This document shows, one piece after another, positions 41,962-49,003 of a stretch of 49,003 nucleotides of DNA (position 1 is the first letter of the stretch; every line of letters begins with the position of its first letter). The notes beneath the pieces were generated by a model. It was not told the origin of the DNA. It did not search any database and saw nothing but the letters and a program-made list of their open reading frames with translations. The position numbers were made by a program, and so were the translations under genes. Source of the stretch: Nanobdellota archaeon (GTDB taxonomy: Archaea; Nanobdellota; Nanobdellia; Woesearchaeales; SKGA01); contig JBNJGO010000004.1 of NCBI GenBank assembly GCA_051819745.1, positions 1-49,003 on the forward strand, in the 5' to 3' direction.

Positions 41962-43440
41962 TCAAACACTTTCTGTTCGAAGAGATTTTAACAAACTAAA
42001 ACATAACAATATTAGAATTGCTGCAAAGGGAAGAGCAAGAGAAATTGTTGCCGTTTGAAGTGCGATCAAACCACCACCAAGAAGAAGAGCAGCTGCAACA
42101 GCACCTTCAAGAAGAGACCAAAATACTTTCAATCGAACCGGAGGATTCTCATTACCACCTGAAGTTATCATATCAATAACAAAGGAACCTGAATCTGAAG
42201 AAGTGACAAAAAATGTAATTATGAGAACAGTTGCAAGAACACTAATGGCTGTTGCTAAAGGGAATGGTTGAAAAAACTCAAAAAGAGCAGTAGTGATATT
42301 GTTAGTAACTGCTTGAAGAAGACGACCATCACCAATAATATGCTGATGAATACCTGTAGAACCAAATGCCGTTAACCATAAAAAACTAAATAATGTAGGA
42401 ACAAATAACACCCCAGCTATAAATTCCCGAATAGTTCTTCCTTTCGAAATTCTTGCAATGAAAATACCAACATAAGGAGACCATGCAATCCACCAACTCC
42501 AATAAAAAATAGTCCATTTACTTTGCCAATCACCCGCTGTAAAAGCTTGATTCCAAAGAGACAAACCAATAAAATCTTGCAAGAAATGACCTATGTTTTG
42601 AAAGAAAGATTTGAGAATGAAAACAGTGGGTCCCGCTATAATGACAAAAAGCAATAGACAGCCAGCCAGAGAAATATTAAATGTGCTCAACCATTTAATT
42701 CCCTTATCAACTCCCGAAAGTACCGATGCTAAAGCCATCGAAGTAATAATTGCAATAATAATAACCTGAACGGTGCTTGACTGCATAATACCAGTGAGAT
42801 AACTCAACCCTGTATTTATCTGCATGGCTCCAAGCCCAAGAGAGGTGGCAACACCAAAAAGAGTACCTAACACTGCAAGAATATCGATAGTATGACCAAC
42901 CCAACCATAAATTCGTTTACCGAATATCGGATAAAAAATGTAACGTATGGAAAGAGGATAACCTTTTCGGTAACTAAAATAAGCGAGGGCAAGACCAATA
43001 ACAATGTATGTTGCCCAAGCATGAAAACCCCAATGAAGAAAACTAAAATCCATAGCTGTTTGTGCAGCTGCAATTGTTTCACCAGTACCTGTTGGTGGAG
43101 AACCATAATGAAGCAAAGGTTCTGCAACACCATAAAACATAAGACCAATACCCATTCCAGCACTGAATAACATAGCAATCCAAGCAAAAAAACTGTATTT
43201 TGGTTTAGAACCATCAGATGAAAGACGAAGTTTACCATACTTGCTAACCAACAAATAAATGGAAAATCCTAAAAAAATAGTTACACTTAATATCAGAAAC
43301 CAACCAAAATATTGGTTCATCCCATCATTAAGAGCAGAAACACCCTTCTCAAAAGAACTTGTAAAAAGTACGGAAACAAGCACTAGTGCAAATATAATTC
43401 CTGCAGAAGTATAAAATACTGGAGGATTAATCCTTTTCAT
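41962..43440 (-). CDS. BCCT-family (betaine/carnitine/choline) transporter
   Basis: 492 aa and polytopic. It carries the hallmark WTIFYWSWWIAWSPYVGIFIARISKGRTIREF. Confidence 0.9.
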   Translation of the reverse strand: MKRINPPVFYTSAGIIFALVLVSVLFTSSFEKGVSALNDGMNQYFGWFLILSVTIFLGFSIYLLVSKYGKLRLSSDGSKPKYSFFAWIAMLFSAGMGIGLMFYGVAEPLLHYGSPPTGTGETIAAAQTAMDFSFLHWGFHAWATYIVIGLALAYFSYRKGYPLSIRYIFYPIFGKRIYGWVGHTIDILAVLGTLFGVATSLGLGAMQINTGLSYLTGIMQSSTVQVIIIAIITSMALASVLSGVDKGIKWLSTFNISLAGCLLLFVIIAGPTVFILKSFFQNIGHFLQDFIGLSLWNQAFTAGDWQSKWTIFYWSWWIAWSPYVGIFIARISKGRTIREFIAGVLFVPTLFSFLWLTAFGSTGIHQHIIGDGRLLQAVTNNITTALFEFFQPFPLATAISVLATVLIITFFVTSSDSGSFVIDMITSGGNENPPVRLKVFWSLLEGAVAAALLLGGGLIALQTATISLALPFAAILILLCFSLLKSLRTESV

Positions 43441-43537
43441 ACACTAAACTGTAAAGAAGAAACTTATAAATTTTTTTAAAACACGATGACAAATCATAAT
43501 AATAACATTTAATAATGAAAACATCTCAATAGGAAAT

Positions 43538-44098
43538 ATGATTGACTTTAGCCACATAAGGGAATTTGTCAGAGAAGAATTAATAGATGAACCTTCAGGT
43601 CATGATTATGCACACGTGATGAGGGTGTTCAAGAATGTTGTTCTTATTGGACAAAAAGAAGATATTGATATTGATGCAGTCAAAGCAGCAGCTCTCCTTC
43701 AAGACATTGCATATGCAAAAAAATTCTTCAAAAAAGAATATGCAAAAACAAGTCATGATATTGCAAAAGATTTTCTTAGTGAAAAACATTTCAAACAAGA
43801 ACAAATCAATACCATTCTTGAAACAATACGAAAACACGATGTCTGGATGAATAACGACGATAATGATCCGATGGAAGTAAAAGTACTACGAGATGCTAAT
43901 CGTCTTGATTATTTGGGACATACAGGAATAATAAGAGCAGCAGCATATTCTGCACATGCAAATAAAAATATCATAAAGCTTCTTGAAAGAATAGTAAAAC
44001 TAAAAAACGAGTTTGAAACGTCATATGGAAAGCAACTTTCAAAAGACAGAGTCAAAGTCGTCGAAGATTTTCTTGAACAACTCAAGCAAGAATATTAA
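43538..44098 (+). CDS. HD-domain phosphohydrolase
   Basis: 186 aa. HDYAHVMRV...LLQDIA...RDANRLD has the HD-superfamily pattern. Confidence 0.7.
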   Translation: MIDFSHIREFVREELIDEPSGHDYAHVMRVFKNVVLIGQKEDIDIDAVKAAALLQDIAYAKKFFKKEYAKTSHDIAKDFLSEKHFKQEQINTILETIRKHDVWMNNDDNDPMEVKVLRDANRLDYLGHTGIIRAAAYSAHANKNIIKLLERIVKLKNEFETSYGKQLSKDRVKVVEDFLEQLKQEY

Positions 44099-44202
44099 AG
44101 AAGCGTATCATAAAGACACTATCACCAACAACAATAGTCCGATCATAAGAATCAGAGGATGAAAAAAAAGAAAAAAAAGAACAAATAGCTACAATAGAAG
44201 GA

Positions 44203-45306
44203 TTAATTCGAAACAGTAGAATTTAACACAACATCTGTCATAGCGGTACTATTGGTAGTATTGACCGAAGCATAATATACTATTGTAGCATTATCTCGTA
44301 ATCTTTGAGCAAGAGATTCATACACCTCAAACATACTCTCTTGTGCCATTATCGAAGAAATATATTCTTGAAGAACCACTTCTCGACCATTTACAGGAAT
44401 TGTTTCATTAAAACCAATGTAACGACCCTCAGAACTGTTCTCTTTTAGAATGATATGGAAACCGAATGGAGATTCAACAATTTGTCGTTCACCCTGATCC
44501 ATTGTAAAGCTAGCATTTTCAAAAGAAGCAACCATCTCGCCTCGACCGAAGGTGTATTCACCACAATTATTTCGACTAGCAACATCCATACTATACTCAT
44601 TGACAAGACCGCAAAAATTACTATTATTTTCTTGTTCGAGAGAATCATTGATTTCAACAGCTAGTTCTAGCGAAGTAGACTTGTTTGTTTCATTGTTTAC
44701 TTCGATGAGAATGTGTTTGACTGTAACTGTTGGTGGTTGGTAAAACGATTCCTTATTTGTAGTGTAATAGTCTTTTCGCTCCTCCATTGTGAAGTTAAAA
44801 AGGGTAGGGTCTGCAGAATCTTTTATCAATTTTTGAATGGTAATTTGTTCTCGGTACTGATCTAAAACCATATCAAAATCCATTCCTTGAGCTGAAAGTT
44901 GATTCTTGAACTCAGAAAGTGAAGAATTTGAAAGCAGTAATTGTTCTTCAATCATTTGCTTAACTTCAGCATCACTTGTAACCATACCTCTTGACTTCGC
45001 TTCTTGGAGCAATAATCTTGAATCAACAATATCTTTTACAAGCTGATCTCTACCTAGTTGGAGCTTAGTCTGTACAGGAAGCGAATCCCATCTTGAATCA
45101 ATATAATCGCTTGTTATTTCTTCACCATTAACAGATACAACAACTGAAGAAGAATCTTGAGTGTTCCATAAGATTAACCCTGCAGAAACCACTAGAGCAA
45201 CACCAACAAGGATAGCAACTAGAAGAAGAGTATTTGGTTTCTTAGGAAGGTATGTTGAAAAGGAAGGTTTATTTCCTTCAAAAATCTTTTTAGCTTGACG
45301 TTTCAT
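44203..45306 (-). CDS. Membrane-anchored parvulin-type peptidyl-prolyl isomerase (PrsA/SurA-like)
   Basis: 367 aa. N-terminal TM helix, a SurA-N-like helical region, and a PpiC domain (VTVKHILIEV...GEYTFGRGEMV..FE...FGFHIIL). AGGTGAT lies upstream. Confidence 0.8.
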   Translation of the reverse strand: MKRQAKKIFEGNKPSFSTYLPKKPNTLLLVAILVGVALVVSAGLILWNTQDSSSVVVSVNGEEITSDYIDSRWDSLPVQTKLQLGRDQLVKDIVDSRLLLQEAKSRGMVTSDAEVKQMIEEQLLLSNSSLSEFKNQLSAQGMDFDMVLDQYREQITIQKLIKDSADPTLFNFTMEERKDYYTTNKESFYQPPTVTVKHILIEVNNETNKSTSLELAVEINDSLEQENNSNFCGLVNEYSMDVASRNNCGEYTFGRGEMVASFENASFTMDQGERQIVESPFGFHIILKENSSEGRYIGFNETIPVNGREVVLQEYISSIMAQESMFEVYESLAQRLRDNATIVYYASVNTTNSTAMTDVVLNSTVSN

Positions 45307-45456
45307 AATAAATCACCTATATATGTTATAATCAAATAATAAAAACAACCTGATAATCAATAGTGAACCAGAGTGTATTCACTCAATAGTATTGTCTCTT
45401 TTATTAAAGTTTCCTTCATGTAATGATAAAAGGACACTCGATCGATATTTACAACA

Positions 45457-46407
45457 TCATTCAGATTCTGAATTAAAACGAATTGCAATGGTCGATGCTG
45501 AAAAATCAGCCATTTGAAGGACAATCATATCAAGATAATGGATAAGAACCATTTCATCGCTAGATAGCACAGAAGAATCTTTCGAGGAGAGTAAAGATAA
45601 TGCTTTTTTCTCAAGCTCTTTTTTTATCAATGATACTTCAACCATCTTTTCAAAGGAAAAATCGTAAAATACAGCATAATATTTTTCCATGTACTCTATG
45701 ATGGATTCGAATAATTCAACAGTATCTTTTGATAGCGAAGGTATTGCTAATTTGTAGTGATTGGCAATATATTTAAAATTATCAGCTACTTTTTCCAAAT
45801 TCCAAGCAATAACATACCAAAAATGACCTTTGTTTTTATTGTCTAAGGATTTGTTGAGCAAGCGTTCACAAAAATTAGTTAATTTATTGTTATTTTGTTC
45901 TGCGGAGACTTGTTCTTGAAGTAAATCAGCATTATTTGTTTTGAAAGATTCTAATGTATCTTTTGCTGATGTTAATAAAAGACGAAATGCTCTTCGAAGA
46001 GAAGAATCAAATTCTGAAGTCTCAATTTCAGCAACTTGACCAACAACAATGCGTAATTTTGACTTATCCTTAATGATAAACCCGACAAAAAGTTTAGATA
46101 CAAGTTCTTCAATGACTTTGTATTGTTCTTTGGAATAAGAAACGATTTCAATCTCATTATAACCTTGTTTATGAAAAGAAGAAATCTGCCAACGGAGAAC
46201 TCGCTCAGACATATCACTAATATCTATTTTAATACTAGAATGAGGTGAAGAAAAGGTATCCGGAATAAGAAGCAAATTAGCATTATGTGATTTACAATCA
46301 AGATAATCACCTTTGGAAAGATTGTTTTTTTTAACCCAATCGCTTGGAAGCGAAACAACAAGAGTTTTTTCAGCAAGCTGTATTATTTTTCGTTTCAACA
46401 CAATCAC
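45457..46407 (-). CDS. AbrB/SpoVT-domain plus PhoU-like repeat protein (archaeal PhoU-type regulator)
   Basis: 316 aa. The N-terminal swapped-hairpin pattern KIIQLAEKTLVVSLPSDWVKKNNLSKGDYL is followed by helical PhoU-like repeats. The GTG start at 46407 overlaps the upstream stop (GTGA). It is a paralog of the CDS at 48334. Confidence 0.75.
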   Translation of the reverse strand: MIVLKRKIIQLAEKTLVVSLPSDWVKKNNLSKGDYLDCKSHNANLLLIPDTFSSPHSSIKIDISDMSERVLRWQISSFHKQGYNEIEIVSYSKEQYKVIEELVSKLFVGFIIKDKSKLRIVVGQVAEIETSEFDSSLRRAFRLLLTSAKDTLESFKTNNADLLQEQVSAEQNNNKLTNFCERLLNKSLDNKNKGHFWYVIAWNLEKVADNFKYIANHYKLAIPSLSKDTVELFESIIEYMEKYYAVFYDFSFEKMVEVSLIKKELEKKALSLLSSKDSSVLSSDEMVLIHYLDMIVLQMADFSASTIAIRFNSESE

Positions 46408-47066
46408 CTTAATTTCTGAAATTCTTCAACGCGAGATAATCCTCTTTTAAGACCCTTAATGAACGATTTTATATAATTTACTTTTTTTAGGATGGATAAA
46501 CGATTCTTTTGGTTTTTGAATTCATCCAAGGCAGACATTTTCTTCTGAAAGGTGGATGAGATGTCTATGACAAGCCGAGGATTTAGATGGTGTTTTGATT
46601 TAAATAATCTCCAAATACCAAAACCGTATACATCAGTTTCTATCTTACGATCAAGACGTAATTGGTCATAACATTCTAAGACTATGGAATTAACAAAACG
46701 ATGATCGGGATGAGAATCGTCTGGAGCGTGAGTAAATATTTTTTCTGGATTGTATTGTAGTATTAATTCTTGCAGTGTTGTGGAGATATCTCGTTCTTTT
46801 GAATCTGTTGAAAAATGACCGCTTCGTAATCCCAAAAATATAACTCCCGAACCTCCAATAATAGCATCTGCTGAAGTGCTTTCATCAATCGTTAATTTCT
46901 TAACAACATCTCGACGATAATAGGGGGTTGATCTCTCACTGTATGAAAAAACAATGGTGATGACTTCTTTTCCTTCCAAAGCATACTTACTAAGAGCACC
47001 ACCACAGCCGAGGACAGAATCATCAGCATGAGCTACAATGGAAAGAATGGTATTTGATGAAGACAT
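46404..47066 (-). CDS. PIG-L/LmbE-family N-acetylglucosaminyl deacetylase
   Basis: 220 aa. Motifs: ILSIVAHADDSVLGCGG and HPDH, the zinc-binding motifs of the family. Confidence 0.85.
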   Translation of the reverse strand: MSSSNTILSIVAHADDSVLGCGGALSKYALEGKEVITIVFSYSERSTPYYRRDVVKKLTIDESTSADAIIGGSGVIFLGLRSGHFSTDSKERDISTTLQELILQYNPEKIFTHAPDDSHPDHRFVNSIVLECYDQLRLDRKIETDVYGFGIWRLFKSKHHLNPRLVIDISSTFQKKMSALDEFKNQKNRLSILKKVNYIKSFIKGLKRGLSRVEEFQKLR

Positions 47067-47189
47067 ATGCTAAGACTACTACCCCTATTATATTAATATT
47101 GCGATATAAAGGCCTTTTTACAGATTAAGAAGAAAACCGCATAAAACAAGCTTACAAGGGAAAAACACACAAAAAACGAAGACACAATA

Positions 47190-47197
47190 TTTATAAA
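47190..47197 (+). promoter_or_regulatory. TATA box for tRNA-Gly
   Basis: TTTATAAA lies 29-36 nt upstream of the mature tRNA 5' end. Confidence 0.45.
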
Positions 47198-47225
47198 GAA
47201 GAGGTTGTTTACGGCGTATTGCATC

Positions 47226-47300
47226 GCACCAGTAGTCTAATGGCTAGGATACTGGCCTTCCAAGCCAGTGGTCCGGGTTCGAATCCCGGCTGGTGCACCA
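47226..47300 (+). tRNA. tRNA-Gly(UCC), intron-less, CCA encoded
   Basis: Acceptor GCACCAG/CTGGTGC. Anticodon stem CTGGC/GCCAG with loop CUUCCAA. T arm CCGGG-TTCGAAT-CCCGG. Discriminator A at 47297 and genomic CCA at 47298-47300, followed by TTTT. Confidence 0.9.
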
Positions 47301-47480
47301 TTTTCTTTCACATATAACTACACATATAACGTGTATTCAATTCTATTCAACCAAATGAGAAGAGAGGTTTGTATCATACTCTTAAGGAGACTTAATACTG
47401 CTTATAGTTCTTAAGGATGAGTCTTATAACCTCACCTTACCATAAAAAGATATGTGTGCAGGGCACATGAGGTGAGCGAT

Positions 47481-47957
47481 ATGAGTAAACATGAAAATAA
47501 AGACGAGATTCTTTTAGAATGGCTGAGGTCAAATTCAAGATTACCATTGACAAAAATCAGTCGAAAAACACACATTCCTATTTCAACATTGTTTGATCGA
47601 TTGAAAGAACAAGAAAAATCTTTGATAACAAAACACACCACATTAATCGATTTTTCAAGATTGGGATACCATACCAAGGTACACTTATTCTTGAAAACAC
47701 CAACAGAAACAAAAAAATCTCTTGAAAGACATTTAAAGACCAATAAAAAGATAAATTCAATCTACAAGGTCGCAGACAAGTACCATTTTATGGTTGAAGC
47801 AATATTTAAGCATTTAAGTGAATACAAGGATTTTTTAGAAGATCTCGAGGAACGATTTGCGCCATTAACATATCAAAGCTACTTTATTGCACAGGATTTG
47901 AAACGAGAATCATTTCTTGCACAAGAACAAGCAGAATATGGAATTAGCGCAAAATAA
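47481..47957 (+). CDS. Lrp/AsnC-family transcriptional regulator
   Basis: HTH: ILLEWLRSNSRLPLTKISRKTHIPISTLFDRLKEQEK, with a C-terminal RAM-like domain. The ATG at 47481 is preceded by GAGGTGA (47469-75). The ORF starts at GTG 47454. Confidence 0.85.
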   Translation: MSKHENKDEILLEWLRSNSRLPLTKISRKTHIPISTLFDRLKEQEKSLITKHTTLIDFSRLGYHTKVHLFLKTPTETKKSLERHLKTNKKINSIYKVADKYHFMVEAIFKHLSEYKDFLEDLEERFAPLTYQSYFIAQDLKRESFLAQEQAEYGISAK

Positions 47958-48044
47958 AAAAAGGGAAAGAGGAGAAAAAGGCCGACACACAACAGGACGG
48001 GCCATCCAGTGTGCGTGCCGGTGATGTGAGGTATTTCTGATGGA

Positions 48045-48227
48045 TTACGAATATTCATCATATCCTTTCATAAAACCAGCTTCATCTTGAGACATCTCAT
48101 CGTTATCAAGCATTAAGTCAACATAAGTACTATCATAGATGTCGTACTCGAGAAAACGATCAAATACCCTTTTATTTTTAGATGGATTATCCTCTAAAAG
48201 ATAATTTTTTTTAGTATTAGATACCAT
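48045..48227 (-). CDS. Hypothetical small acidic protein
   Basis: 60 aa. The ATG is preceded by GGGGGTG about 8 nt upstream. No family recognised. Confidence 0.4.
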   Translation of the reverse strand: MVSNTKKNYLLEDNPSKNKRVFDRFLEYDIYDSTYVDLMLDNDEMSQDEAGFMKGYDEYS

Positions 48228-48333
48228 ACACGCACCCCCAAGTGACGTAACCGTTATACTCTATGAGCAAAAAAAATATATATGTCTTTACCATATACTA
48301 TATATATTATATATGTTTTTATAAGATAATACG

Positions 48334-49003
48334 ATGGAATTTAGAAAACTCATACAATTAGGACAAAACTCATATGTCATTTCAATACCAAAAAAATGGA
48401 TTGAAAAATATCAACTCGAGAAAGGAGATTTGATAACATTTAACAAAATAGGAAATAGTATTATACTCAGTCCAACAACAAATCCTGAAAAAGAAGAACA
48501 TATCAGAACAATAACCATCGAAAAACAATCAACTCGAAGAGAAATAAAACGAAAACTATTAAGCCTTTATGAACATAATGCAACAACAATAATTCTTGAA
48601 GGAAAAGGAGTAGACACCCACACACAAACAATAACAAAACTCATCGACACATTAATAGGGCTTGAAGTCATAGAGCAAGATAAAGAAAAAATAATCGCAA
48701 AGACATACATCAAAACAGAAGATGTCGATATCATCGCATTTATCAAAAGAGCAGATAATACTATACGCTCGATGCTTACAGAACTGATAGAATCTATTGA
48801 AAAAAACACCACAAGCACGATCCCACAAGCCATAAAACAACGAGAACAAAATATCGATAAAATAACCCGATTATTACAACGGACAATCAGAGAACGACTG
48901 TATAAGCAAGAAGTGAATTCAAAATCAAACCCTCTTGAACTCATAAGATATTATCAATTAATCACATTTTTAGAAAAAATATCCGATTATCTTGAAAAAA
49001 TAC
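48334..49003 (+). CDS. AbrB/SpoVT-domain plus PhoU-like protein, paralog of 45457..46407 (3' end beyond window)
   Basis: This ORF is not in the supplied track because it has no stop in the window. I translated it by hand from the ATG at 48334: MEFRKLIQLGQNSYVISIPKKWIEKYQLEKGDLITF... It stays open to 49003. The AbrB-like N-terminus aligns with KIIQLAEKTLVVSLPSDWVKKNNLSKGDYL. Confidence 0.75.
   Translation, partial: MEFRKLIQLGQNSYVISIPKKWIEKYQLEKGDLITFNKIGNSIILSPTTNPEKEEHIRTITIEKQSTRREIKRKLLSLYEHNATTIILEGKGVDTHTQTITKLIDTLIGLEVIEQDKEKIIAKTYIKTEDVDIIAFIKRADNTIRSMLTELIESIEKNTTSTIPQAIKQREQNIDKITRLLQRTIRERLYKQEVNSKSNPLELIRYYQLITFLEKISDYLEKI

Noticed and set aside
47980-48040. A GC-rich ~60-nt patch lies between the convergent Lrp/AsnC gene and the 60-aa gene. 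It contains GUGAUGU...CUGA (48021-48040), which resembles half of a C/D sRNA.
   Set aside because: Only 9 nt separate the two boxes. There is no upstream C box and no terminal stem, and only weak, bulged helices can be drawn. It may be a small structured RNA or a bidirectional terminator, but I cannot support a call.
48567-48944. The 125-aa minus-strand ORF (and the nested 48652..48849) near the window end.
   Set aside because: It is antisense to the hand-translated AbrB-PhoU paralog, which is open from 48334 to the window end and homologous to 45457..46407. The antisense translation is Ser/Cys/Ile/Val-rich low complexity.

Overview
This is an AT-rich, densely coding archaeal chromosomal segment, with most genes on the minus strand. 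Archaeal identity is supported directly by several features:
- an S13-S4-S11-RpoD-L18e-L13-S9-RpoN ribosomal protein/RNA polymerase block;
- RNase P Rpp21, Bud32, CDC48 and a NIP7-like protein;
- three intron-containing tRNAs, one with a non-canonical D-loop intron;
- a textbook C/D box sRNA and an SRP (7S) RNA;
- TTTATAAA-type TATA boxes and GGTGA/GGAGG ribosome-binding sites.

The small-protein, surface-protein-rich, AT-rich style suggests a DPANN-like lineage. That is inference only and needs a database search.

Housekeeping content includes pgk, class-I-type gap, ppsA, a bacterial-type leuS, MscS, a BCCT transporter, a presenilin-like protease, a THUMP methyltransferase, a PIG-L deacetylase, an Lrp/AsnC regulator and two AbrB-PhoU paralogs.

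The standout locus is 202-3493. It is a translationally coupled five-gene operon: a 66-aa Cys-rich precursor-like peptide, a 184-aa HExxH protein, a YcaO cyclodehydratase, a SagB-type dehydrogenase and a 183-aa degenerate paralog of the HExxH protein. This looks like an azole-forming RiPP (TOMM-like) cluster. It has no recognisable E1-like/Ocin-ThiF partner, and the pair of unrecognised paralogs sits where that partner would be.

Other notable items:
- an 8-module CC...C...C cysteine-repeat surface protein;
- a voltage-sensor-only membrane protein with no pore;
- an encapsulated-ferritin homolog with no encapsulin nearby;
- an N-terminally truncated MCM-like ATPase;
- a signal-peptide-bearing Lon-protease-domain protein;
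- echoes of tRNA 3' ends just downstream of two tRNA genes.

I saw no rRNA, CRISPR array, transposase or integrase. All family calls rest on motif recognition by eye, because no searches could be run.
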